DNA of 64,000 nt from Eledone cirrhosa (Eukaryota), in the NCBI GenBank assembly GCA_964016885.1, contig OZ024741.1, positions 93,558,001-93,622,000 of the forward strand, read 5' to 3'. This document shows, piece by piece, positions 1 through 13,441 of this stretch. Below the pieces are notes generated by a model. That model ran no database searches. It had not been told where the DNA came from and saw nothing but the letters and a program-made list of their open reading frames with translations. The stretch's first letter is position 1. Each line of letters starts with the position of its first letter. The translations under genes and the position numbers were made by a program.

Positions 1-649
1 CATATCAAGAGTGTACCTGGTGCATTTTATCATAGTCAGTTTACCTTGAATGTTGTAAGGCTAAGGGGGATACTCTGCTCATTCAAGGTACATGACCAGG
101 AAGGTGATTTATAGAGAGGGAATGACAGAAGTACCAGGGAAAGTTAAGCAAAGTGGGGTGCAAAAGCTTAATGGGAGACACGGGGCATAAAAGGAGAGAG
201 ACTGTTGGGGGAGGGGACATACAGAAGCAACAGTATTGAGAGAAGGGAGCAAGGGTATGATAGAAATGATTGTTATAAATAGATGTGATGCACTAATATG
301 TAACTACTGAGATACAGGAGCAAAAAGAACTGATAAGAACTCTAAAGATATCTCTTGATGGCATGTTGCAATGTAGGTGGGTGAGGAGATTGTTGAACAG
401 CTCCAATGCTCTCCCTGATTATGTGGATAGTAAGGTACAGTGAATAACATGGGAGAATTAAGGGGAGACTCAATGTAGATATATCTCCCAGTTTCAAACA
501 TTACTACCATTTTAATGTTCCTTTTGCCATGCTTGCACAAAAGGGTGGAAGGCTGATTTAATCCAGCTCCATACATAGCTAATCATTGCAGTCTCTTGTC
601 AATTCAGTTGTGGGGTAAATCTTCACTGAGTTCCATTCACTTTGAGTGT

Positions 650-1430
650 CTTGCACTCCATTATACAACTGTCACCCTTCATACACATCACATACCCACA
701 TCAGCTCTTTCTTGCACACATCTGATTTCTTTTATGCAGTTTTTCTCTCAGTTCATTTCTACTTTGTTGTTTGTGTACATTAACATTACACATCCACTGG
801 ATTAGGCTCACTTTTTTTTTCTAGTCTTCACAAATACTCTGTATTCAAGGCACATGTCTCACTACTATTCAGCATTACGCTTTGTACAGAAGCAGAGAGA
901 AACCCTTTGTTGCCTGCAGTGGAAATAGTTCCTTGAACCTCTTACAACCACTTCTTAATTTAGCTACTATATTTTCAGAATACCCACCTCCATTGTTAAT
1001 TAGGCTACTCAAGTAACAAATGCTGTCTGAGCATTTGAGAGAATGTATTTCATTTGTGCTCTCAGTGCATCTACTGCATACACAACTGATATTCTTTATT
1101 TGTCTGTCTGTAATCTCACTGCATATTTTCTGTGGCCATGATTTATACTGGATACATAGTATAGAATTCCTCCCTACTCTTTTGCTGTATACTGAACAGA
1201 TTAATTTTCTGTGATGGTATGAGGGACTTGCCTTGTTTCTTGTTTGTTAGAACATTAGTCTTTGATAAATTTACCTCAAGGTCTTTCAATTCCAAGTTTT
1301 GCTATAAGAACCATACATCAGTGTATGGTGTTCACAACCCGCTTTAGTTTATCAGAGTCTTCTGGGTCGTAATCGAGGAGCTTAAGACTTACTGTCCATA
1401 GGAATATCTATATGCTGATGTCATTGCTTT
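650..1430 (-). mobile_element. Old, degenerate RTE-type LINE fragment
   Basis: The reverse complement near 1150-1200 reads CSVYSKRVGRNSILCI, matching CSVCRKGVGRNSILCP of the younger RTE at 12185. Many stops and indels; boundaries approximate. Confidence 0.6.
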
Positions 1431-4103
1431 TATAATTCATCTGTACATTAAATTTATTGTAGTTTTTGTTAATAATTACACCTTGCTGGTTACACTCCTG
1501 TACGTGGCACCAGCACTAAGGAGATTGTCATGTCTTCAACATAGCTAAAAAGTCCTCCTGACCCTTTGTTTGGCATGTTTTCAACAGCTGGATGCCCTTC
1601 CTAAGTAAAGAAATGGCTAAGAATTCATCATCATCACCGTTTAGCGTCCATTTTTCCATGCTTGCATGGGTTAGACAAGTCGTCCACGCTAGGAGGCAAA
1701 GGTGGCCACACCGTATTTTGCTCTGACGAGGCCTATAAATTTGGCCAGGTATTTTACAGCTGGATGCCCTTCATAAATTAAGGAATAATATTAATTGCCT
1801 ATGTTTCAGAAAAAAAATAATAGTATCAAGCAGATTGATACTTGACTAAGATGCACATGTTTCCTAAATGAATGCCAACAACTGAAGTGAAATAGCATCA
1901 GGTAAAGATGAGAGAGAGAAAGAGAGAGTGGTCAATGATAAAGAATGTAATCTGGTACTTAACAGCTGCTTTGTGTATTTTACTCAACTGTGAGAGATTT
2001 TATGATGGTGGCAGTCACTTAAACTTAATAAAGTCAACAAGAAAATAGGTAGTATAACCAAGAAATTTTATTTAACTTCATCTCAAATGACATAGCTCTT
2101 TCAAAGAAATATAAATCTAATCCAGAACAAACAAATACATCTACATAAATGCCTTTGCATCAAAGACAGCCAGGAAAGAAAGAGAAAAAAAAAGAGGCAT
2201 GGACATTTAGATCATTTTGGAAGCATTGTCATGCTGTCACAGCCATAACCTAGAGACATTTGTATAAACAATAGGAAACAATCGTTTGTCAAAACAATGA
2301 TTTGTCAAAACTAATTGAATAGCTTTTAAAAGCTATATTTGATTAGGTGACATCTTGTTTTTAATTTTTTTTTTAGCTGCAATAATAAAGATGTGCTGAC
2401 CCACATGGAGATATCTCATATTTCTCAAGTGCAATATAGAAAATGTTTTGACTGATGCGAGATACAGTATTTCGTTTCTTCTCTCTCTTTTGGAACAATA
2501 TAGATGTATTAAGAAGTGTGGGTGTAGGGAGGAAACATAGTTCTCAGGGGTAATGATACTAAGTTGAGAACTCGGAACGGTTTGTTGAGCATAATGGTTT
2601 GGTGATAACATTTGAAAGAAACAATTTAATGAAGTGTCTACAAAATGTGTGTCATTGTTAATTTAGCACATCTTGGAAACATGTACAACTGAGCAACAAA
2701 TGCCTTGTATCCATATTAAGGAGCTGAGATTATTGACATTTGGTAAAAATAAGATTAAAAAACTCAACAACAACAAAACCATGACATTTTTTTTTTCTTC
2801 AAAACAGCAGTTTACTTTCAGGGAGGGGTGTTGATGGACTGGTGAAATATTTAAAAGCAGGACCTAATTTCAGGAAGACTGAATTTGTATTTCTTTATAT
2901 TAATAATATATATCTATTCATGGAAAAGAAAAAAAAAGTACTGTTAACCTTGTCTAATTCCCTTTGTTCAAGTATGGTATTAACTGTTTTAAGGTGAAAA
3001 TTAACAGATAAGCATGCAAAATCTCCATTCATACTTCTGTTCCCAAACATATCTCATCATATTTGTAATGAAATACACACTATTTCAATTAAGAGGGATT
3101 TACTAAAATTATTTATTATTCATTACTAAGATAGTAACTTCTTGACACATGATTCTTATATAAAATTTTGTTGGAAGATTTGATTAAAATAGGGACATAG
3201 CTGGTTTTGGCTGGGTTGGTATCAAAAGAGTTAAACTTTCTATAAATCAGATAATGTGTGTTCTTCATAATTAACACAAGTAAATTCACAATTGTTATCA
3301 TGCCTCAAGAAGGATTTGTGATGAAGCTTTCATGAACAATTAACCTTATTATTACTTTAAAACCTCAGTGAAAAATAAATTTTCACTTCTTCCTATCTGG
3401 ATTATGAGATCGGCCTTACAAGAGTAGTATAAACAATTCGCACCCTTTCCTTATTAATGCAATATGTAATTGATGGGGGCACTTCTAACTTAAGGCTACT
3501 TTTCAGCAAGGAACCTCTTTGCGGTTGCTAGACAATAATAGCAACCAAATCTGCCACAAATCACACTCTAACATCTTAAAGGAAAGGAAGAATAACATTG
3601 GACAATGTAATCAAGGATATACAAAAAAACAGGATGATCACAGCTGGAATGCCTTTGCTTATAGGTCTGCTTGATCAGGGTTGATTTTGAGCTAAATAGC
3701 AAGACAGTAACTAAGTATTTCATGAATTTGCACAGCTGGGTTCAAATACTTTCATAGCTAAAACTTTAATATTTCAAATAGATATCACAATCAGCTAGTG
3801 TATATTCCAGCATGTTTCATTATCTCAAGAGGAAACCTTTCAGAGACACATGACATGTGTAATGAAACATATGTAATGAAAGACCTTGCTCAAATTAGTT
3901 TTAAGCGACAATACCATGCTGATTGACAATACATCCTGAATACAGTGGCCTAAACACTGCTATATGAATGACCTAGACTCATATTTCCCATCACTTACCT
4001 AAACACTGTTATACTGTAACAGTATCCCAGCTCTTTCCTAAACCTCTCATTCTAGTTATATGTTGCTTTAAAATCATAAGAAATGAATGTTACAAATGCT
4101 TAG

Positions 4104-5000
4104 ATAACATTATAAATTGCTCGCAATTCTTTCAGAAAGATATATTCTTTTAATGTTGCAATATTAAAGAAAATGTAAAGGGAGAGGTGAACAACCGAGC
4201 CAACACCAGAGCAAAAGACAGCAGCAAGGGGTACTGGGCAACCTCTCTAATAATTTTTAAGGCAAGCCAGCACACTCGCAGTGTTGCCTCGGGTGATGGC
4301 GAGGCTAATGCGCTGGATCAACCAAGCGCCCTCACAAGATTCGCCAGTTACCTCTATTAGGCGAGCCGTCAGTGAAGAGAGGAACCTTGTAGTCAGTGGC
4401 CCGACTCACCCAAACGTCTCGAAAGCCACAGGCTGAAAAATGTAGCTGGCCGACAGATCAGAGTATTTGAGGGTCTTACTCCGCTCAGCTCCGGAAGCTG
4501 TGGCTCTCGTCCTAACCGCAGTATCCAGGATGGAGAAAGAGCAAAAGAGTCACTAACAATAACGTTCCAGACAAGGCACCTGCTTCTCAACCAGGGGCAC
4601 AGGGTAAAGCCGTCAGGTCTTTTGCCATCACTTCTGGACAACCCAGATGGTTCTAAGATTGAGGGGATGTTCGCCCGGGCCAAAGCTCTCTTGAGAATAA
4701 GGTTTAGCTCTGTGTGACGCACGAAGCGGCCAGCATTCAGGCAGCAAGAAAGAGCGCGGAGGCCTGTGGAGTCGAGGAGTTTGCCGCATTGGCACCTCAA
4801 ACCCATGGAGATGTCTGCTCCCACTCTGACAGCGATGGAGACATGAAGTTCGTCCAGGCTGAGTAGGCCACTCACGTTGCTGCTGTCTTTTCCTCTGGTG
4901 TTGGCTCGGTTGTTCACCCCTTCCTTTACATTTTCTTTAATATTGTAACATTAAAAGAATATATCTTTCTCAAAGAATTGCAAGCAATTTATAATGTTAT
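4104..5000 (-). mobile_element. 3' fragment of a CRE-like non-LTR retrotransposon (restriction-like endonuclease) bracketed by a 124-bp inverted repeat
   Basis: ORF 4393-4917 has CQCG...RH..LN..LKRAL...EPSGLSRSDGKRPDG...PW...LVW. After a frameshift it reads QRISLAITRGNTASVL. Inverted repeat arms 4104-4227 and 4877-5000. Confidence 0.75.
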
Positions 5001-5699
5001 TTTTGTATATATTTAAAACATATTGTTATGTTATTCTACTGTAAATTTATCTATATGCTCTGTTTATATTTTCATTCTGAAAGAATTGCAAACGATTTGT
5101 AATGTTATTTATACAACAGTGAATAAAATTTTCCATTTTGCTATTTTCTTCACCAGAAATGAATGAATTTCTCAGAGTTAATAAACACCATTCTAGTAAT
5201 AGCAGTTGTAGTTTTGTTTGATATTGTGTGAATGGTGGAATCATGATAAAATCATGGATGAGATTAAATGGAAAAAAGACAAAGTTAACAGCAATTCTTA
5301 CTACATCACTTAAATGCTATAATAATGTCACACGGTAGATCGATGATGATTCTTCAACAGCTGAAATAGTAAATAACAAAAATATATATAACGAGATTCT
5401 CCTCTCCACTAAGCATATATCAGAGGATGGTGGTGGTATAGGTGAAGACTGGAAGGTATCATGAAATGTTTGAAAAAAGAGATTTTAAAAAGTTGCACAT
5501 AAACAATCTGATTCCATCTCTGCAAAGTTTAAATGGTTGTCAAGTTTTCCAAATAAAGTTAGACATCATCACCGTTTTATGTCTATTTTCCAAAGTGTGT
5601 TTAAAAGTGGATGAAGTTTCCTTTGAATTTTTGATTGTCTGTGTGTGTGTCTACAGAGATATTCAGGTATTTCGGTATGATTATATACTTGTGTACATT

Positions 5700-5705
<6 letters not shown>

Positions 5706-5777
<72 letters not shown>
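5706..5777. repeat. (GT)n microsatellite
   Basis: Direct reading. Confidence 0.95.
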
Positions 5778-5778
<1 letters not shown>

Positions 5779-5815
5779 ATTTCCATATTTATATATCATA
5801 TTATATACATATATG

Positions 5816-5865
<50 letters not shown>

Positions 5866-6082
5866 TCAATAATTGAATGAACATACAGAAACGAACATAC
5901 AGAAACGATCGTAAAATAATGTGTTTTACTATGAATTAATAGTTTTGTGTTTAATTTCATTGTTTTAATATTTATATATATATATATAGTAATAATAATA
6001 AATGTGAAGACTAAAATCCAAAGAGGGCTTGATAAGGATAAATATATATCGAACATATAAGAACCTAGAGCAAATATTTATT

Positions 6083-6208
6083 AAAATAACGGATTAAAGT
6101 TTAAGCAAAGAATCGCTGACCTCACCCTTAACGGGAACTTCTGAAACTGAGTTTCAGAAGATTCCGTTAAGAGTGAGGGCAGCAATTCTTTGCTTAAACT
6201 TTAATGTT

Positions 6209-6213
<5 letters not shown>
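6083..6213. repeat. Imperfect palindrome / foldback with arms of about 60 bp
   Basis: attaaagtttaagcaaagaat...cttctgaaact-g-agtttcagaag...attctttgcttaaactttaat; few mismatches. Confidence 0.85.
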
Positions 6214-6253
<40 letters not shown>

Positions 6254-6256
<3 letters not shown>

Positions 6257-7330
6257 TGGCCAGGAGGGAAGCTAGGAGACAAGTGTACTTCGCAAGAAGG
6301 GAAGCAGAGGAAAGAAAGTTCAAGCATGTTCTACAACGCGAGGACCAAAAACGTGAGGTGTTCAGGATTGCTAGGCAATGTGTCAAGGAAAACCGTGATA
6401 TTGTCGGGGAGAAGTATGTCCTTAATGATGATGGTGTACTTGCCATCACTGACGCTGATAAGAAGGTAGCTTGGAAGTGTCACTACGAAAGGCTACTAAA
6501 TGAGGAGAATAATTGGGAGAAAGATAGTCTCCCCCACATCGATCCAATAGAGGGACCAGCAGTGTTAGTCGAGGGGAGTATAATAAGTAAGGCGATCAAA
6601 GACATGAAGACAGGCAAGGCGGCTGGGCCTCCGGAAATAGTTGCTGAAATGCTGAAAGCATCTGGAACGGTGGGACACATTATGGTCAACCGGATAGTAA
6701 ACCCCAAGTCATACAGAATGGGGTCGTTCCGAAGGACTGGCGTAGCAGCATCATTAACTGCTATAAGGGTAAAGGAGATGCCCTAGATAGGGGAAACTAT
6801 AGAGGCATTAAATTAATTGACCAGGTCATGAAGGTCACAAAAAAAGTAATAGCGCAACTAATCAGAGAGCGAATTGATCTAGATGAAATGCAGTTCGGGT
6901 TTGTGTCAGGTAAAAGTACAACAGACGCTCTTTTCATTGTACGACAACTACAGGAGAAGTACCTAGCTAAAAGTAAACTCCTATACTTAGCTTTTGTTGA
7001 CTTGGAGAAAGCCTTTGACAGAGTACCCTGCTCGATTATCTGGTGGGCTCTTAGAAAACTAGGTGTTGATGAATGGCTTGTGAGAGCTATACAAGCCATG
7101 TATAAAGAAACAGTCAGCAAGGTTAGAATTAACAATGAATATAGTGAAGAGTTTAGTGTAAAAGTTGGTGTTCATCAAGGCTCTGTCCTTTTCTCCCTAC
7201 TATTTATTATTGCCCTTCAGGCTATAACAGAGGAGTTCAAGACCGGCTGACCATGGGAACTCCTATATGCAGATGATCTAACGCTCATAGCTGAATCAAT
7301 GGCTGAACTCGAGAAGAAATTCCAAACATG
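6254..7330 (+). mobile_element. RTE-clade LINE internal fragment (RT region, frameshifted)
   Basis: ORFs 6256-6786 and 6828-7250 contain QFGF, FVDLEKAFDRV and GVHQGS, with YADD following. Near-identical to the copy at 10461. Confidence 0.9.
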
Positions 7331-9552
7331 TATTTATCCAGTTCGACATAGAGAGCTACTATGCTTCAATCACCTTACCGCTACTTACTGCCGCCTTGGA
7401 CTTCGCCGAAGCACTTGTGCCCATCACCGACCAGGAAAGAAAAATCATCCTCCACGCCAGGAAGACAGTCTTACTCTTTGACAACTCCAAATGGATAAAA
7501 AGAGCTCCCGACTCACCCTTCGACGTCAGCATGGGCGTGACGGATTCGGCGGAGGTCACAGATCTTATAGGGTTATTCCTTATAGCCAAACTCACCGATA
7601 TGTTTCCTGCTTTCGGTGGTGGATTGTACCTTGATGATGGGCTCCTTACCCTTAAAGGGTACAACCCCAGTAGTACAGATCGGGTCCGTAAACAATTAAT
7701 CAGCTTCTTCCGCGACTGGGGATTTAAAATAACCCTACAAACGTCTCTGACCCGAGTTAACTTCCTGGACGTTACCCTTGACCTCAATAATGACCTGTAC
7801 TACCCATACAGGAAACCCAATGACAACCTGCACTACATCCACCGCCGATCTAACCATCCTAGGAACATCAACATCCTGGTCAAAAACATCTCCCTCCGCA
7901 TATCCCGTTTGTCAGCTAATGAGAAGATATTCGATGAACATGCGCCTTACTACAACCAGGCCCTCAAGCGGAGTGGTTTCCGGGAGGAAATATCCTACTG
8001 TCCAGCTCCCATTAGCGGAACCAGCAGGCGACACCGCCGCTCACGCTATGTAACATGGTTCAATCCTCCCCACAACGCCGACAGACAACTCCCATTGGGA
8101 AAATTTTCTTTAGGCTCATTGAAAAACACTTCCCACTACAACACCGCTACCACTACATAATTAACAAAAATACCATCAAACTCTCTTACAGCACTACACC
8201 TAACTTCGCACAAAACATCGTCTCCTCCAACAACAAAAAACTCAACCCCGATGGAAGAAACAACCTAAATAGCAGTGGAGAGCCGACCAGGAGGTGCAAC
8301 TGTCCTGATAGATCCAGTTGCCCCCTCGACAACAGATGCAGAGACCGTAATGTGATCTACCAGTGCAACGTGAGCACGGACACCTCCAACAAAGCTTATA
8401 TAGGATTAACTGCATGTGACTTCAAGACCCGGCTATACCAACACAGACATACCTTCCGAAACCCGGCCCGGCGTCACGCCACCACACTTTCGGGCCACAT
8501 ATGGGACCTCAAGGACAACAACATCAACTATGATCTCACTTGGAAATTACTGTCCAGAGCCAACTCTTACACGGGAGGACGCCGTCCGTGCAATTTATGC
8601 TCGGAGGAAACTTTACAAATGGGGGTTCTGTATTAATTTTCCGTTCTTTACTTTTACTTCGTACGATCCTTCATGTAGCTTGTATAAGACTTTTTGTTTC
8701 GTAGCGGTACCCTTAGAGTTAGCATTAGTATTTTTTTGCGGGACCCTGAATTATATTCTTGTACTAGTTTACTTTCTTGCACTGGATGGTTGCTGGCCCT
8801 GTAGAAACCCTTATTATTTCGTGGTAGTCTCTTTAGTATTTTGGCCCCCCCTTTGTTGACCCGTCACCGTACGATACACGCACTTATACCTCGTATAAGG
8901 GTCCCTTTATTTCCGTCCCGCCTAGTTTATTTTTATTATTATTATTTATTTATTTATTATATTTTTTTTTAAATTTATTTTTCTATTCTTTTATTCACTT
9001 ATTTGTTTATTTATTTATTTATGTATTTCTTTAGCCTAGCAATAGCGAGAGACTTAAGTCTTAGTAACCAGACTTGGCTTATTTTTTTTTTTTCATTCTC
9101 AGTACTTTCTATAGTTTTACCCTTCATTGTTCTACTTACCGTTTCAACTTCCTCCCCCTCCCACTCCCCAGTATCCTCTTTGACCTCACGCCCAGCTGTA
9201 GCTGGCACTACCAACGCATGAATGGGTCTACTCCACCCCCTCTCCCTTTTTCTCCTACTGGCAGGTTTAACTACCCCTTCCCCCACCAATTTGCCATCAC
9301 AGATTTACTACTAACTTGTGATGTGACCAATCCCGGTGATTATCTCTTTGACCATATATGGAATTACCCCTTGATAAGCTCGGCCATTTAAATACCAGAA
9401 TAAATTTTCATTCAGTCCAGAATTAGCCGTTGAAACGGCTTGAGCTCAGCCGTCGGGGTCTTACTTGTTCCTATTACCCACTCTACTACCCTAAGTATTG
9501 AGTACTTTGGTGCGTTATGGTCCACCTGGTTCCTTACCACTTTTCCTTCGTT
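7331..9552 (+). mobile_element. 5'-truncated Penelope-like element (RT C-terminal half + GIY-YIG endonuclease, frameshifted) with 3' UTR/pLTR
   Basis: FIQFDIESYYASI at the 5' junction, FDVSMG, YLDDGL, NFLDVTL, then CPLDNRC..VIYQC...YIGLT..FKTR...CNLC. Ends at a (TA)n tract. Confidence 0.85.
9366..9459 (+). ncRNA. Type I hammerhead ribozyme motif, U3-A8 core variant
   Basis: Stem I ACCCC/GGGGT, core TTGATAA, long weak stem II, GAAA at 9432-9435, stem III ACGGCT/AGCCGT, GTC triplet at 9452-9454. Confidence 0.6.
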
Positions 9553-9896
9553 ATATATATATACATATATATATATACATACATATATATAAACATATAT
9601 ATACACATATATATACACATATATATACACATATATATATACATATATATATACATATATATATACATATATATATACATATATATATATACATATATAT
9701 ATACATATATATATACATATATATATACATATATATATATACATATATATATACATATATATATATACATATATATATACATATATATATATACATATAT
9801 ATATACATATATATATACATATATATATACATATATATATATACATATATATATACATATATATATATACATATATATATACATATATATATATAC

Positions 9897-9991
<95 letters not shown>

Positions 9992-10058
9992 TATATACAT
10001 ATATATATATATGTATATTTATATATATATGTATATATATATATATATATAAATATAC

Positions 10059-10134
<76 letters not shown>

Positions 10135-10251
10135 GCATATATATATATAAATATACATATATATATATATATATATATAAATATACATATATATATATGC
10201 ATATATATATATAAATATACATATATATATATATATATATATAAATATACA

Positions 10252-10331
<80 letters not shown>

Positions 10332-10342
10332 CATATATATAC

Positions 10343-10389
<47 letters not shown>

Positions 10390-10400
10390 CATATATATAC

Positions 10401-10460
<60 letters not shown>
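9553..10460. repeat. (TA)n/(TACA)n microsatellite tract
   Basis: Direct reading; source of the spurious YI-repeat ORFs. Confidence 0.95.
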
Positions 10461-13366
10461 TCTGTGATGCAAATAACCTAGCCGTCTGTAACACTAACTT
10501 CAAAAAACGTGACAGTCACCTGATCACCTATAGATCCGGGGAACACACAAGCCAGGTAGATTATATCCTTACCAGAAGACGTGACAGAGTGTCTGTTGTT
10601 AACACTAAATCCCTCCCCCATGAAGAATGCACCTCCCAACATAGACTGATAATTAGCGACCTCATGGTCAGGACGAGACGTACTCGACAACAGAGGAGGA
10701 CTATCCTCAGGAGGAAAATGTGGAAGCTAAGGGACCCCACAGCCAGGAATAAATTTCAAAGCATATTGCTTGATGCTTTCGACAGTGAGGAAGAACATTT
10801 AGAGTCGGACAATATAGAGGGAGAGTGGGAATTTCTGAAAGCAAACCTGCTGTTGGCGACAGACGAGGTCTGTGGCTGGAGCAGGCCTGTAGGCAGGAGG
10901 AGAGTAACATGGTGGTGGAACAGTAAGGTGGAGGGGTCAATTAAGGCCAAAAAGCAGGCTTGGAAAGTATGGCGGGATGGGGGAAGTAGAGAGGACTATC
11001 AAGTGGCCAGGAGGGAAGCTAGGAGACAAGTGTACTTAGCAAGAAGGGAAGCTGAGGAAAGAAAGTTCAAGCATGTTCTACAACGCGATGACCAAAAACG
11101 TGAGGTGTTCAGGATTGCTAGGCAATGCGTCAAGGAAAACCGTGATATTGTCGGGGAGAAGTGTGTACTAAACGACGATGGCACACTTGCCATCACCGAC
11201 GCTGATAAGAAGGTAGCTTGGAAGTGTCACTATGAAAGGCTTCTAAATGAGGAGAATAATTGGGAGAAAGGCAGTCTCCCCCATATCGACCCAATAGAGG
11301 GACCAGCAGTGTTAGTCGAGGGGAGTATAATAAGTAAGGCAATCAAGGATATGAAGACTGGTAAGGCGGCTGGGCCTTAGGAAATAGTTGCTGAGATGCT
11401 GAAGGCATCTGGCACGGTGGGACACACCATGGTCACCCGCATAGTTAACCAAGTCGTACAGAACGGGGTTGTTCCGAAGGACTGGCATAGCAGCATCATC
11501 GTTAACTGTTATAAGGGTAAAGGAGACGCCCTAGATAGGAGTAACTATAGAGGCATTAAATTAATCGACCAGGTCATGAAGGTCACGGAAAGAGTAATAG
11601 CGCAACTAATCAGAGAGAGAATTGACCTAGATGAAATGCAGTTCGGGTTTGTGTCAGGCAAAAGTACCACAGACGCTCTTTTCATAGTACGACAACTACA
11701 GGAGAAGTACCTAGCTAAAGGTAAACCCCTCTACTTAGCTTTTGTCGACTTGGAGAAAGCCTTCGACAGAGTCCCCCGCTCCATTATCTGGTGGGCTCTT
11801 AGAAAACTAGGCGTTGACGAATGGCTTGTGAGGGCTATACAAGCCATGTATAAAGAAACAGTCAGCAAGGTTAGAATTAACAACGAATATAGTGAAGAGT
11901 TTAGCGTAAAAGTCGGCGTCCATCAGGGCTCTGTTCTCAGTCCACTACTATTTATTATTGCCCTTCAGGCTATAACAGAGGAGTTCAAGACAGGCTGCCC
12001 ATGGGAACTCCTATACGCAGACGACCTGACACTCATAGCGGAATCAATGGCCGAGCTAGAGAAGAAATTCCAAACATGGAAGCACGGCCTAGAGTCAAAA
12101 GGACTTAAAATTAACCTGGCTAAGACCAAAGTACTAGTTTGTAGGAAAGAAAACAAGGCGGCGGTCCCTTCGGGGAAATGGTCGTGCTCGGTGTGTAGGA
12201 AAGGCGTAGGTAGAAACTCCATTTTATGTCCTAAATGCAAAGTATGGGTGCATAAAAGATGTAGTGGGATCACAGGTAAGCTAACTAAGAACATAGATTT
12301 TACATGTGGCCGGTGCTCTGGTGCAATAAGTAGCAGCAAGTGCCCACAAACTACTAGCTCTTTCAATTGCGCAGAGGGTTCTATAGAAATAGTGGACAGC
12401 TTCCGTTACCTGGGCGATAAAATCAGCAGTGGGGGAGGGTGCTCTGAAAGTACTGTAGCTAGAGTCAGAACTGGTTGGAAAAAGTTCAGAGAGCTTATAC
12501 CACTATTAGCTGCTAAAGGGTTCTCACTAAAAATGAAAGGCAGGTTGTACGATGCCTGCATACGAACAGCAATGCTGCATGGCAGTGAGACCTGGGCATT
12601 GTGTGCAGAGGATATACGCAGAATAGAGAGGAACGAAGCTTGCATGCTCCGCTGGATGTGTAACAGTAATATACGTGAACGGCAAAGCATAAACGAACTA
12701 AGGAATAAATTAGAGATAAGAGGGATCAGATGTTGTTTACTCGAGAGAAGGCTACGTTGGTATGGACACGTGATGCGCATGAAAGTCGATAGCTGTATAA
12801 CAAAGTGCAGGGCAATAAAGATAGACGGTAGTCACGGAATAGGCAGACCTAGAAAAACCTGGGACGAGCTGATAAACTCCGACATCACACACTTACACCT
12901 CTCCAAGACAATGTCACTGGACCGAGACCTTTGGCGGTACTCAGTAACAGAGAAGACCCGCCTTACCTAAATATATAGTAAAACCTACTCCAGCCAGTAG
13001 GCATCTCTAACAAAATACACCCCGTCCCACCACCCCCACCCCCACCCGATCCACACCACCCCGTTCTATGTAAAGTTATGTTGGTGCCGCGCCATCGAGG
13101 CCGAAACAAATGAGATCGTGTAGGTGTCACGACAAAAAAACACACAGTCCACGCTGTAATGTGGCCGTGTAGGCAACACGGTAAAAACCTCCCAGACCCA
13201 CACTGTAAATGTGGTTGGTGTTAGGAAGGGCATCCAACTGTAGAAAACCTGCCAGACAGTCCTATGCGAGCAAGACAATCACTCTTGCCTCAAGTGGGAC
13301 TACCCCCGTCCAAACCCATGCAAGCGTGGAACACGGACGTTAAACGTTGATGATGATGATGATGAT
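10461..13366 (+). mobile_element. RTE-clade LINE, 5'-truncated, one in-frame stop (11378-11380), with 3' UTR and (GAT)n tail
   Basis: End of the APE domain, RT (ORF 11396-12970: FVDLEKAFDRV, QGSVLSPLLF, YADD), PHD-like finger, RLRWYGHVMR and GRPRKTW C-terminus typical of RTE; flanked by (TA)n. Confidence 0.93.
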
Positions 13367-13390
13367 ATATATACATATACATATATATAC

Positions 13391-13436
<46 letters not shown>

Positions 13437-13441
<5 letters not shown>

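Noticed and set aside
5047-5370. Possible minus-strand exon of another gene
   Set aside because: There are in-frame stops upstream, no recognisable homology and no partner exons.
5890-6070. Hammerhead-like fragments (GAAACGATCGTA; TTGATAAG...GAAC)
   Set aside because: Each lacks the other half of the core or a stem I.
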